The translations under genes and the position numbers were made by a program. Below are positions 11,453 through 23,703 of a stretch of 64,000 nucleotides of DNA, piece after piece (within the stretch, counting starts at the first letter, position 1; each line of letters opens with the position of its first letter). A model generated the notes under the pieces. The model did not search any database, was not told where the DNA came from, and saw nothing but the letters and a program-made list of their open reading frames with translations. The stretch comes from Chiloscyllium plagiosum (taxonomy: Eukaryota): the NCBI RefSeq assembly GCF_004010195.1, contig NC_057746.1, positions 18,101,666-18,165,665 of the forward strand. The letters run 5' to 3'.

Positions 11453-12052
11453 AGAGTCATAAAGTCATACAGCGCAGAAACAGACTTTCGGTCCAACTAG
11501 TCCATTTCGACTATAATCCCAAACTAAACTAGTCCCACCTGCCTGCACTTGGTACATAACCTTCTAAACCTTTCCTATTCATGTACTTATCCAAATGCCT
11601 TTTAAACATTGTAACTGTACTCACATCTGCCACTTCCCCTGGAAGTCCATTAGGCACATGAACCACTTTCTCTGTAAAAAGGTTGGCTCTCTTTTTAAAT
11701 TCTCCGCTCAACAAATGCTCTCTATCCTTGAGATCTCCCACCCTAGGGGAAAGATGCCTACCATTTTCCTATAGCCTTCATTATTTCATAAACTTCTATC
11801 AGGTTGTCTCTCAACCTCCTACTCTCCAGAGGTCACAGCCCATCCAGCCTTCCTTTATAACGCAAACCTTCCAAACCCAGTGACATCCAGGTAAATCTCT
11901 GTTGAACCCTCTCCAGCTTCATAATATCCTTCCCATAAGTGGGTGAAAAGAACTGGACACAGTGCACCAGAAGAGGCCTCTCCAAGGTCCTGTATAATCT
12001 CAACATGATGTCCCAACATCCTATACTCAAAGGACTGAGCAATGAAGGCAAG
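11453..12052 (-). mobile_element. CR1/HER1-type LINE 3' fragment (intronic in the C4-like gene)
   Basis: IMLRLYRTLERPLLVHCVQFFSP...KLERVQ; reverse tail atagagtcataaagtcatacagc. Confidence 0.8.
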
Positions 12053-12071
12053 AAACACAATTTAGGCTTAC

Positions 12072-12160
12072 ATTTCAGACTGGATGCTGATTTCGCCACT
12101 ATGCACTGAATCCAAGCCGTCTTGTTCATCCACACTTGCTAAAACATTACCCTGGGAGTC
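12072..12160 (-). CDS. C4: Complement C4-like, exon 5 (MG2)
   Basis: ttttattcag|GACTCC...GAAAT|GTAAGC; 89 bp, phase 0 to 2; DSQGNVLASVDEQDGLDSVHSGEISIQSE; size and phase match human C4 exon 5 as recalled. Confidence 0.75.
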
Positions 12161-12679
12161 CTGAATAAAAGACACACATCAGCCATTCATTGCAGTTAAA
12201 ACAAACTTAAGCAAACATCAAGTATTTTTGAGGGCAAATTCAGCTGCAAAGCTCCATGGTAAAATGATATTAATCATTACTATTAGCTTCATCTGTTTCA
12301 ATAAATGAAGCTGTTTCTAATTCTAAACTGCTCCTCAAGTTACAATTCAAGGGTTTCTGTCCAATCTCTAGTGTCCAAATTGTCTAATGCCGTTCCTAAT
12401 CTGTATGTGCATATGTCGCCATGCTATTGTCAAGGACTTCAATAGAGTGTGGAGGATCTTTACCGGAATAGCACTTGGAAGTGAACAGATTCATTTGAGA
12501 GACTGATGAAGCAAAGAGTAAGATGATCATGTAAATTTCTCCATAGAACCAGTCAGACTCTCTTTAACATGTCTAAGTGTGTGTCACAGCGAGTGCAGGA
12601 TTACCCCCGATCTAACAGGATCCATGGGAACAGCATTCATCCTGACCAGGTATTGATACGTTTTTAGTAATTTGGACCT

Positions 12680-13020
12680 GAGGTATAGAATCCCTACAGC
12701 ATGGAAGCAGACCATTCGGTCCATTGAGTTTACACTGATCCTCTCAAAGGCATTCCACCCAAACCCACCTCTATTCCCTATCCCTGAAACCCTGAATTTC
12801 CCTTGGCTAACCCACCTAGATAGCCCATCCCTGGACACTATGGGGTAGTTTAGCAAGGTCAATCCACATATGCACATCTTTGGACGTGGAAGAAAACTGG
12901 AGCACCTGAAGGGAACCCACCCAGCCACGGGGAGAATCCACACAGACAGTTGCCTGAGAGTAGAATCAAACCTGGGTCCCTGGTGCTGTGAGGCAGCAGT
13001 GCTAAAGACTGAGCCACTGC
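12680..13020 (-). mobile_element. HE1-type tRNA-derived V-SINE
   Basis: Reverse complement of gtggctcagt..tttagcactgctgcctcacagcaccagggacccaggtttgatt head plus V-domain. Confidence 0.8.
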
Positions 13021-13094
13021 TATGATAGGGAGGAAGAGCATTTGTTGGCAGATAGGCCATACTTAGATAAACTTACCCAAATATCTGCAGTGAT

Positions 13095-13398
13095 TAGATT
13101 CCCTACTTTGTGGAAACAGCCCTTCGGCCCAACCAGTCCACACCGACCCTCCGAAGAGTAACCCAGCCAGACCCATTTCCCTCTGACTAATGCACCTAGC
13201 ACTATGGGTAATTTAACATGGTCAATTCACCTGACCTGCACATCTTTGGACTGTGGGAGGAAACCAGAGCACCCGGAGGAAACCCACGCAGACACGGAGA
13301 GAACGTGCAAACTCCACGCAGACAGTCACCCGAGGCTGAAATTGAACCTGGGACCCTGGTGCTGTGAGGCAGCAGTGCTAACCACTGAGCCACCATGC
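13095..13398 (-). mobile_element. HE1-type tRNA-derived V-SINE, full length
   Basis: Box A/B head ggtggctcagtggttagcactgctgcctcacag, V-domain and CR1-like 3' tail. Confidence 0.88.
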
Positions 13399-13465
13399 CT
13401 CATGCAGTAAATGTTGGTAGAATATGGAACTATATCAAGAAAGAAAGTACAAAACCATCACTTAC

Positions 13466-13536
13466 AGATACTTCTATTACAACCGTGGTACTTATGGGAT
13501 TCAACTCTTCATCAAGTGTAAAGACTTGGTATCGTA
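13466..13536 (-). CDS. C4: Complement C4-like, exon 4
   Basis: ctttttcag|TACGATAC...TCT|GTAAGT; 71 bp, phase 1 to 0; (V)RYQVFTLDEELNPISTTVVIEVS, cf. C4 VRYRVFALD. Confidence 0.85.
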
Positions 13537-13922
13537 CTGAAAAAGAAACATGGTTTTCCAAGGTTACTAACTTCAAGTGGAATGGTTACAATCAATGGTG
13601 GAACCTTGAAATCCAATCCAAGAAAGTACACACAGAAACAGCACAGCTCCCAAAGATGATCTAACATTTATTTCTTATCCTTCTGAAAACGTTGCTGTCA
13701 TAAAGGTACCAGTCTCACCTCTCTTGGATTTCCCAAGAGGCAACTGAAACTACACTTAGCCCCAGGCACGACAGAAATGGGAATCAAAATGCATCAGCTC
13801 CATCGAAACAATAAGCCCTCCATTATTTCCTCTTGCAAACTGTTGAGACCCCAAGGTCAGGTTATGGTTGCCTGTTGCCATCAAGTGAAACTAATGTCTA
13901 GACTCTATAGAATGACATAGTC

Positions 13923-13950
13923 CTGATGAAGGGCTTTTGCCCGAAACGTC
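13923..13950 (+). ncRNA. Minimal hammerhead ribozyme core in a Penelope-like fragment
   Basis: CTGATGA-A-GGGC-TTTT-GCCC-GAAAC-GTC: both conserved core boxes, stem II, palindromic ACGT, GUC triplet. Confidence 0.65.
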
Positions 13951-15004
13951 AATTTTACTGCTCCTCGGATGCTGCCTGAACTGCTGTGCATTTCCAGCAC
14001 CACTCTAATCTAGACACAGTACAGAAGGAGACCACTTGGTCCATCATGCCTGTGCTGGCTCTTTGATAGGGCTATCCAATGGGTCTCATTTGCCTAAATC
14101 TTTTCCTATCAAGTATTAGATATAAAAGAAGGTTACTCTTGAATCTGCTTTCATTGTGATTTCCAGCATTTCACAATCAAGGAAGCTGCAAAATAAGTGT
14201 CCATGGTGTCGGGGCCAAGGTACTTGCATTGACAAAGGATTGGCTGACTGGCAGAAGGCAGAGAGTAGAGACAAAGGGTCTTTTTCAGGACAGCAACTGT
14301 TGACTGTTGGAGTTCTGTACAGGTCTGTATTAGAACAGGACTAATCACATTATACATTAAAGATCTGGATGATCAGGGTATTGTTGCTAAATATGCAGGT
14401 GACACAAGGTTAGGTAGAGGGATAGGTAGTGTTGAGGAGGCAGACAGGCAAGAAGGGTTACACCCGAAACATTGACTTCTCCACCTCCTGATGCTGCCTG
14501 GCTTGCTGTGTTCTTCCAGCCTCCTGCCTGTCCATGCAGAAGTACTGGGGCAGGCTAAGAGAATACGTAAAGAAGTGTCAGATGGAACGCAATGTGGAAA
14601 AGTGTGAGGTTATGCACTTTGGTGGGAAGAATAGAGGCGAAAGAGAAAAAGGCTTCAGAAATCTGAAGTTCAATGGACTTGGGAGTCTTACACCAGGATT
14701 CTCTTAAGGTTAACATGCAGGTTTGTTTGCCCTCACTATGTCCAGTATTTCTCCCCAGTCTTCGCGATTGCGTTTGCCACATATTTGAAACAACTTCCAT
14801 GTATGACAATGACACGTGACACATTCGGGCTCAAATTTTCCTGCACTCTATCAGTGAAAAGTGTTGAGACTAGATCAGTTGCCAATATGCCAACCGACAA
14901 TGAATTAACACAGAAGATGCCCTTTGCTCACATAACTATTTTGTCCCTGTACGGAGCAGGCAAGCCTGGATGATTGGTCTGTTTGATCTGGAGCAATTGC
15001 TTAC

Positions 15005-15176
15005 CAGTTTCGTGAGGTTTGTAGATGGGTTTGTCAGTTATAACATAAATGAAATAAGGTCGTGGTGCCAGTCGAATCCGTGTCTTTCGGGTCACACTAA
15101 ATGGGATTTCAGCCACCAGCACTGCATAATGTGTTTCATGGGTAATGTCCAAATGCCTGGTCTTTTCTGGAAGAAC
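15005..15176 (-). CDS. C4: Complement C4-like, exon 3 (MG1 end / MG2 start)
   Basis: ttatttcccag|GTTCTT...ACTG|GTAAGC; 172 bp, phase 0 to 1; contains the alpha2M/complement motif YVITDKPIYKP. Confidence 0.88.
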
Positions 15177-16993
15177 CTGGGAAATAAAAGTTTTGTGAGT
15201 TACTTTAGGGAATACTCACTCTCAACTGCACAATGCAACCATTCCCAACAACAAGGTGGTTAAGGATGTTCAAGATTTGGAGATGCTGATGTTGGACTGA
15301 GGAGCAGGAGAGTCAACATTTGGAGCATAAGCCCTCTATCAGGAATGAGACTTGTGGGCCAAGGGGGCTGAGAGATAAATGGGAGGGGGTGCACCTGCAG
15401 GGAATGTAGCTGGGGATGGGGGTAACTGGTGAAATCCGCATTGATACATTTAATCAATTTTAATGACAATCTATTTGATCGTGCAACTGGATAATGGATG
15501 AAAATAGTGACAGACACTGATGATATGATATAGCCTTACAAAACTCACAATTCATTTTCTTACATTTGTTTCAACAGTTACGAGAGCAATTTGTTAATGA
15601 ATCTGCTGGGAACTTTACAGTTCCAGGGATGTTAAAAGTTAAGAGGAGAGTTTGCGCAGTCTAGGCTTGGGATTCCTTGTATCTGATTAAGATTACGTGG
15701 TGATCTAACTGAGGCTATTAAAATGTTTCAAGGATTTGTCAGGGTAGACAGAAAGAGAGAAACTATTTCACCTGGTGGTGAGTGTCTGGGACAAAAGTCA
15801 GAACAGTCATTAAAAATTAAGGCTAGGCTGTTCAGTGGTGATTCGTGGAAACATTTCTTCACACAAAGGTCAACGGAAATCTTCGTGGTGGGAAAACTCC
15901 AAGGTACAGTTATTCAGGATGGAATTCATCACCGCATAGCAAAAAGGTGGATTGATTAGGAACAGCCAGCATGGAATTCTAAAGGAGAAGTTGACCTTAA
16001 TTAACTTAATGGAGTTCCTTGAAGAGGTAATATCAAGGATATCTGAGTGTAGCGCTGTGGATGTGGTGCATGTGGATTTTTAAGTGGAGTTTGATACACT
16101 ACCAAATGGCAGACTGGTGAGAATTATTACAGCTTGTGGAATAATATGAATAGGAGCAAAATGGATACAAAACAGTCTGATTGGCAGGAAACAGAAGTTT
16201 ACAGGTAGAAGCTAACAGGCATTTTCCAGGCTGTAGTGCAGCACCCAGCATTCAGCACTGGGTCTCTTACTTTTACTGACTTTTATATATAAGCGACTCT
16301 GATCTTGGGTGGAGGGGCAGTCGCAAAATTTTGCTGATGATTCAAGCATTGTAAACTGTGAGAACTCCAGAAAGACATAGACAGTTTGGTGGCATGGGCA
16401 GATAAATAGCAGAGTGGGATGGTGCATTTTAGTTGGAAGAACACAGACAAACAAAGCAAAATATGATGCATAATTCTTAAGGGTATGTAGGAGCAGAGAT
16501 ATATATATCGTGTGTGTGTGTATGTAAAAATGGCAGGAGAGTTAATAAGTATACTGAGTTATTAATGAGGCATAGGCTTCAAGAACAAGGAGGTTATGTT
16601 GAGTTTCTGTAAGGCACGTATTAGACCTCAGGTGAAGTATTCTGTACAGTTGTCGGTGCCACACTGTAGGAAGAATGGGAACACATTGCAGAGAATGCAG
16701 GAGAGGTTTACAAGCGTGTTTCCAGGGATGAGGAACTTCAGTGATGTGGATACGTTGAAGAGGTTGTGATGGTTCTCCGAGGAGGGACGAAGGCTAAGAA
16801 GAGATCTGACAGCTTTTCAGCATCATGAGTGGTCTGGATGGAGAAGGGAGGAAGACTGTATTCCGGCTTGGAATGGGATTGAGAAGTGCAGCGGAGGCTT
16901 TGGTCTAGTTGGATGATAGAATGGGTTCAAGGGGCTGAAAGGCCTCCCTGTTTTCCCACATTAGTGAACCAAAACCCTCAACAATCGAGTTAC

Positions 16994-17195
16994 CTGCATG
17001 TGGATAACTTTGGTGAAGTTGTTTGCCTGGTTCAGGTCGACCTGATGTCTCTGGGACAGTAGGACATCCTGTGATTCCCCTGATTGTCCCTCAAAGTAGA
17101 CAGTGATGGCAACACTGGCGGGAGCCTTGAATACTTGAACAGTGATCGTCTCGTTCATGCCAATGTGAACCACTTTGGGAGCAGTGATCAAGTAT
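16994..17195 (-). CDS. C4: Complement C4-like, exon 2 (MG1)
   Basis: tttcttag|ATACTTG...CAG|GTAACT; 202 bp, phase 2 to 0; YLITAPKVVHIGMNETITVQV...NNFTKVIHMQ (VVHIG cf. C4 VVHLG). Confidence 0.88.
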
Positions 17196-17419
17196 CTAAG
17201 AAAGTCAACACAGCACACTGATTCAGGAAATCAGCACTTTCACATACCTGCCCAGTTAGAGCCTGACCTATCTAACAGTATTTCAATCTTCCTGACCGAT
17301 CTGTTCACCTCCTTTCAAGTAAGTAAATGGATGAGAAATTAAGCACCATCCTTATTCTCCCAATTAGTTGGATGTAATGCTTTCTGGCCCCTTGTGTATC
17401 TTCACCCTCTAGCTCTCCA

Positions 17420-18195
17420 TTGCTTTTCCACCATCTACAAGACAGAAGTCAGGAGTGTGATGGAATTCCCGCATGATTGGCACCTCATCCACAAGCATCC
17501 ACTCCCTCCACCACCAACGCTCAGTCACAGCAATGTGTATCGTTTACAAGATGCATTGTAGAAATTTACCAAAGTTCCTCAGACAGCACCTTCCCAACTG
17601 GCAATCAATTCCATCCAGAAGGACAAGGGCAGCAGATACATGACAACACCAGCCCCTGCAAGTTCCCCTCCAAGCCACTCATCATCCTGACTTGGAAAGA
17701 TAACGCTGTTCATTCACAGTCGCTGGGTCAAAATCCTGGAATCCCCTCCCTGAGGGCATTGTGGTCAACCCACAGCAGGCAGATTGTAACGTTTCAAGAA
17801 GGCAGCTCACCCTCACCTTCTCAAGGGGCAACTAGGGACAGGGCAATAAATGCTGGGTCCAGCCGGCAACACCCATATCCCACGAGTAAATAATAACAAA
17901 AAACACTCCACTTGCAGCTCCAACAACACTCAAGAAGCTTGACGCCACCCAGGGCAAAGCAGCCCACTTGATCAGCCCACATTCATAAACATTCACACCT
18001 TCCATAACTGAGGGTCAGTAGCAATAATGAGTATTATTTATAACATGCACTGCAGCAACTCACCAAGGCTGCTGAGACAGCACCTTCAACTAGAAGGACA
18101 AGGGCAGGAGATACAAGGGAACACCACCCCCAGCGAGTTCCCCTTTGAGCCACTCACCATCCTGGTTTGGAAATATATCGCCGTTCCTTCAATCT
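17420..18195 (+). mobile_element. Two old LINE 3' fragments of a second family
   Basis: Repeated block gacagcaccttcc...agaaggacaagggcag...aacaccac...aagttcccctccaagccactca.catcctgacttggaaa, also near 6580 and reversed at ~61560-61900. Confidence 0.55.
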
Positions 18196-18627
18196 GCTTA
18201 AGCCATGTGGATCTCAAAACTTCGACTCAACAGACTTCATTCTCAGCGAGGAACTGAGCTCTTTTATGCAACTCAACCAATAAAAGACACAGTGATGCTC
18301 CATTGTTATTATAAAACCGTCCCTTTATGTTAGCAGGATAAAATGGTCTCAAAGCAAGAAAATAACCCCTGATTTACCGTCACAGAAAATCCAGCATCAC
18401 AGCTTTTTTTTTTAATATTAGTTCTGTCAAAGGAAGCTTTTCTGTTTGGCTTACGCACATTAATCTCTTGGACGAAGAATTGACAACATGTAACAACTGG
18501 GAGTTAAGTAATGGGTCAAAGTTATGAAACTGTCCAGTGTGGGATGATACCTAGACCCCAGGCTTGAGCAATTCAAGATGTCAGCTCATCACCACCACCT
18601 CCAGGATGGGCTGTTATTAGGGCTGGG

Positions 18628-18951
18628 GTTTAGATTAGAGTGGTGCTGGAAAAGCACAGCAGGTCAGGCAGCACCGGAGAAGCAGGAAAATCAACGTTTC
18701 GGGCAAAAGCCCTTCATCAGGAATAGAGGCAGGGAGCCTCCAGAGTGGAGAAATAAATGGGGGGGGGTGGGGCTGGGGAGAAAGTAGCAAAGAGTACAAT
18801 AGGTGGATGGGGGTGGGGATGGGGGTGATAGGTCAGGGAGGAGGGTGGAGCAGATCGGTGGGTAGGGAGATTGACAGGTAGGAAGAGCTTCAAGGCAGAG
18901 GAGATGACCTGGGGGTTGCAGTGAGTGATAGAGAGAGACTCATTGAGATTC
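18628..18951 (-). mobile_element. Penelope-like fragment with 14-bp TSD and hammerhead core
   Basis: TSD ttattagggctggg at 18614-18627 and 18952-18965; minus-strand CTGATGAAGGGCTTTTGCCCGAAACGTT at ~18693-18720. Confidence 0.7.
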
Positions 18952-19352
18952 TTATTAGGGCTGGGCAATAAATATTGGCCCAGCCAGCAGCCCAGTGCGC
19001 TGTGAACATGAACGACAATTCACTCTACCATTGGTGCCTATTCAATAAGGGATGCGTAATCCACTCCCTAGACACTCACGAGTCTAATTGCTTGGAAAAG
19101 GGAAATCAATCCTGACAAAGGGCTTATGTCTGAAACCTTGATTCTTCTGCTCCTCAGATACTGCCTGACAGGCTGTGCTTTTCCAGCACCACACTCACAA
19201 AAGCCAGTTAACGCAGAGCAATCTGTGATAAGGGCTGAAAATGTGTTGCTGGAAAAGCGCAGCAGGTCAGGCAGCATCCAAGGAGCAGGAGAATCGACAT
19301 TTCGGGCATGAGCCCTTCTTCAGGAATGAGGAAAGTGTGTCCAGCAGGCTAA

Positions 19353-20151
19353 NNNNNNNNNNNNNNNNNNNNNNNNNNNNNNNNNNNNNNNNNNNNNNNN
19401 NNNNNNNNNNNNNNNNNNNNNNNNNNNNNNNNNNNNNNNNNNNNNNNNNNNNNNNNNNNNNNNNNNNNNNNNNNNNNNNNNNNNNNNNNNNNNNNNNNNN
19501 NNNNNNNNNNNNNNNNNNNNNNNNNNNNNNNNNNNNNNNNNNNNNNNNNNNNNNNNNNNNNNNNNNNNNNNNNNNNNNNNNNNNNNNNNNNNNNNNNNNN
19601 NNNNNNNNNNNNNNNNNNNNNNNNNNNNNNNNNNNNNNNNNNNNNNNNNNNNNNNNNNNNNNNNNNNNNNNNNNNNNNNNNNNNNNNNNNNNNNNNNNNN
19701 NNNNNNNNNNNNNNNNNNNNNNNNNNNNNNNNNNNNNNNNNNNNNNNNNNNNNNNNNNNNNNNNNNNNNNNNNNNNNNNNNNNNNNNNNNNNNNNNNNNN
19801 NNNNNNNNNNNNNNNNNNNNNNNNNNNNNNNNNNNNNNNNNNNNNNNNNNNNNNNNNNNNNNNNNNNNNNNNNNNNNNNNNNNNNNNNNNNNNNNNNNNN
19901 NNNNNNNNNNNNNNNNNNNNNNNNNNNNNNNNNNNNNNNNNNNNNNNNNNNNNNNNNNNNNNNNNNNNNNNNNNNNNNNNNNNNNNNNNNNNNNNNNNNN
20001 NNNNNNNNNNNNNNNNNNNNNNNNNNNNNNNNNNNNNNNNNNNNNNNNNNNNNNNNNNNNNNNNNNNNNNNNNNNNNNNNNNNNNNNNNNNNNNNNNNNN
20101 NNNNNNNNNNNNNNNNNNNNNNNNNNNNNNNNNNNNNNNNNNNNNNNNNNN
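19353..20151. other. Assembly gap (799 N)
   Basis: Run of N inside a repeat. Confidence 0.97.
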
Positions 20152-20338
20152 TCAAATCCCTCAAACTCAGCACCGCCTTCCTAACCTGCAATCTTCTTCC
20201 TGACCTCTCTGCCCCACCTCCACTCCGGCCTATCACCCTCACCTTGACCTCCTTCCACCTATCGCATTTCCAACGCCCCTCCCCCAAGTCCCTCCTCCCT
20301 ACCTTTATCTTAGCGTGCTGGACTGAAGTTCCTCATTC

Positions 20339-20489
20339 CTGAAGAAGGGCTCATGCCCGAAACGTCGATTCTCCTGCTCCTTGGATGCTGCCTGACCTGC
20401 CTCCCCCAAGTCCCTCCTCCCTACCTTTTATCTTAGCCTGCTGGACTGACTTTCCTCATTCCTGAAGAAGGGCTCATGCCCGAAACGTC
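20339..20489 (+). ncRNA. Two tandem minimal hammerhead cores 123 nt apart
   Basis: CTGAAGA-A-GGGC-TCAT-GCCC-GAAAC-GTC at 20339-20366 and 20462-20489. Confidence 0.6.
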
Positions 20490-21069
20490 GATTCTCCTGC
20501 TCCTTGGATGCTGCCTGACCTGCTGCGCTTTTCCAGCAACACATTGTCAGCTCTGATCTCCAGCATCTGCAGTCCTCACTTTCTCCAATCTGTGATAAGG
20601 ACCATGTAATCTGCTTTTGCACCTATTTGCAGGGTATATATTGGCCGAGAGTTCATCTTCAGAATGCTATCTTTAATATCCATCTTTAAGGGCAACAGTT
20701 GTGATCACGCTGTCCCTTAAAAGATCTGGAGTGTGCTCATCAATCCCTCGGCACTGCACCTCATCCAATCATATTTCGTGTCATTGAAAATGAATGGATG
20801 TAGAAGCACTTTGTTTTCTTGAGTTTGTGATCTGAAGCTAGATCCAAACCACAGCGCTATGGGTAGGGCAAGGGGGCAGATCCCAGAGCTGCACAGTCAG
20901 AATGGGCACTGAACCTGATATTGTTGGCAATAAGGCAATGTTTGAGTGGGAGCAGCGGCCGAGTAAAGGCGAACCCGGGAGACTACAGCTAAGGTAAAAC
21001 AGTTTGTTTCAAAATTACTTACCTGTAGCAGTCAGAATGGGCACTGAACCTGATATTGTTGGCAATAAG

Positions 21070-21390
21070 GTGGCATGGTGGCTCAGTGGTTAGCACTGCT
21101 GCCTCACAGTGCCAGGCACTCGGGTTTGATTCCCACCCCGGGCAACTGTCTGCGTGGAGTTTGCACATTCTCGCTATGTCTGCGTGGGTATCCTCCGGGT
21201 GCTCCGGTTTCCTCCCATAATCCAAACGATGTACAGGTCAGGTGAATTGGCCGTGCGAAATTGCCCATAGTGTCAAGTACATTAGTCAGGGGCAAATGTA
21301 GGGGAATGGGTCTGGGTGGGTTACTCTCCGGACGGTTGGTGTGGACTTGTTGGGCTGAAGGGCCTGTTTCCACTCTGTAGGGAATCTATA
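21070..21390 (+). mobile_element. HE1-type V-SINE
   Basis: ggtggctcagtggttagcactgctgcctcacag head through gaagggcctgtttccactctgtagggaatct tail. Confidence 0.88.
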
Positions 21391-21744
21391 ATAAAAATAA
21401 TAAAGCTGATTTATGCTCCTCGGCCAACCAAAACCCCCCCCCGCCCTGGAGTCTGAGCAGCTTTGGCAACATGCAGTTTCATGTGGGTGTTGTAATCTGG
21501 AGTAATGGATTATGATGGCAGAGGGTCCAATGCTGTTTAAAATTCTCTCACGGTATGTGGGTCCGTCTGGTGGTGTCAGTGTTTATTGCCCTTGAGAAGG
21601 TGGTGGTCAGCTGCCTTCTTAAATCGCTGCTGTATGTCGCCCACAACACCATTAGGGAGGCAATTCCAGGAATAATGAAGGAACAGAGATATATTTTCAC
21701 ATCAGGAAGGTGAGTGGTGTCTCCATGTATCGGCTCCCCTTGTC

Positions 21745-22272
21745 ATAGAGTCGTAGAGTCATACAGTGCAGAAACAGATCCTTCAGTCCAAATCGTCCAT
21801 GCCAACCAGATATCCTAATCTAATCTAATCCCATTGGACAGCACTTAGCCCATATCCCTCTAAACCCTTCCTATTCATATACCCATCCAGATGCTTTGTA
21901 AATATTGCAATTGTACCGGCCTCCACCATTTCCACTGGCAGCTCATTCCATACACACATCAACCTCTGCGTGAAAAAGTTGCCCCTTAAGTCCCTTTTAT
22001 ATCTTTCCTCTCTCACCCTAAACCTATGCCCTCTAGTTCTGGACTCCCCCACCTTAGGGAAAAGGCCTTGTCTATTTACCCTATTCATGCCCCTCATAAT
22101 TTCGTAAACTTCTATAAGGTCACCCCTCAGCCTCCGACGCTCCAGGGAAAACAGCACCGGCCTGTTCAGCCTCTCCCTACAGCTCAAACCCTCCAACCCT
22201 GGCAACATCCTTGTAAATCTTTTCTGAACCCTTTCAAGTTTCACAACATCTTTCCGATAGGAAGGAGACCAG
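21745..22272 (-). mobile_element. CR1/HER1-type LINE 3' fragment
   Basis: WSPSYRKDVVKLERVQKRFTRMLPGL...RRRLRGDLIEVY...NFFTQR. Confidence 0.88.
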
Positions 22273-23578
22273 CGGGTAGAGGTGATGGTTTTAGAAGGTG
22301 CTTTAAGAAGAGCCTTGTGCATGTCAGTGGTGGAGGAAATGAATGAGAGCAGCCAGCCAGGAATCACTCACATATTCAAATGATGCTACTGCTTGATGCT
22401 AGAAGGACTTACCTCTCAATGGTCTTTAGCCATGTCGTGAACATGACCTCCCTGGCTATCAAATCCCGAGTGGGACGTGAACCCAGAATTTCTGTCTCAC
22501 AGGTAGTGATGATACCATTGATTGAAAGTCAGAAGCGACCATAAGACACGTATGAGGATGCAAAACATATTTGCAAGGGCGATACCGAAACTGAGGCTTT
22601 ACACCTTTACGAAATATTGAATGGGCTGGAAGATTTTTCTCTCACAAAGTGAAGGGAGGAGGTAAGAGGAAAAAGCTTTTAAGAAAAACACGAGGGACAA
22701 TGTTTTACACAGAGAGTGGTTCGTGTGTGGAATGAACTTCCTGAGAAAGTGGTGGATGCAGGTAAAATCACAATGTTTAAAAGACACTTGGATAAGTACA
22801 TGAATAGGAAAGGTTTAGATGGATATGGGCCAGGAGCAGGCAGGTGGGACTAATTCAGTTTGAGATTATGGTCGGCATAGACTGGTTGGACTGAAGGCTC
22901 TGTTTCTGTGATGTCTGACTCTATAACTTTAATCAGGGTCTTTAAGATATGATAGGGCCTGATGAGGCAAAAAGTGGAGAAAGTGGTTCTAGTTTTGAGG
23001 GAAACTGGAGCTAGGGACTGTAAATATAATATAGAGGCAAGTCAATTCAATAAAGGAAATCAGGGGAAGCTTCTCTAGTGGCACTAGTTAGGTGGTTGTT
23101 TCCGACTAGCACAGATATGGTGGGCCGAAGGGCCTATTTCTGTGCTGCAGACCTCTGTGATTGGCTGCCACACATTGAGATGGAAGCCTTTTAGAGAAAG
23201 CTGGATAAATAAAGGAGGTGGGAAGGGATGGATGGATACATTTATAGGGTGAAGAGAACAGGAGCAGACACGTGTGGAGCATTAACGGCACACTATGGCA
23301 GTTGGGCTGAATGGCCTGTTTATCTCCTGTACGTTCTGTGCAATTCTCTGCATCCCGCCTCTGTGTTTTTCCCCTAAAACTCAGAGCGTCAGCGTTAACA
23401 GAAGTTTGAACGTCATAATGTTTTTTTCCAGTCCGCACTAAATCATTCCACAAGGTCACATCTTGAATGTTCAATAAAACTCGTTGCCCTTCGCCTTGGT
23501 GCTAACTAAACTGTGAGGTTGTCAGACATTACTGTACAGCGGCTTTGCTCAGTTCAAGTAGTGAAAGTCGATACTTAC

Positions 23579-23643
23579 GAGGTTTTTTGTTCAGTGAGAG
23601 GCAGCAAGGAGCAGGCAACGAGCAATATCCCCAGCAGCTCCAT
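23579..23643 (-). CDS. C4: Complement C4-like, exon 1 (signal peptide)
   Basis: ATG GAG CTG...ACC TC|GTAAGT; 65 coding bp, phase 2 joins exon 2 in frame; MELLGILLVACSLLPLTEQKT(S) resembles C4 [22 protein letters not shown] as recalled. Confidence 0.85.
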
Positions 23644-23703
23644 AACTGCACAGGTGCCCAGTCCAACAGTATCGAAGATCAGAGCAGGCTGTGGGCTTTT
23701 AGT

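Larger units (their letters stand above)
19234..20585. mobile_element. Penelope-like element with inverted termini, 15-bp TSD and internal 799-N gap
   Basis: TSD caatctgtgataagg at 19219-19233 and 20586-20600; left end (19234-19352) is the reverse complement of the right end. Confidence 0.75.

Noticed and set aside
13330-13398. tRNA-like sequences (GGTGGCTCAGTGGTTAGCA...GGTTC.ATT), many copies
   Set aside because: They are SINE heads continuing into V-domain and LINE-like tails, not tRNA genes.
21022-21075. Alternative C4 exon 1 with a phase-2 donor
   Set aside because: No signal peptide or suitable ATG; 23579-23643 fits far better.
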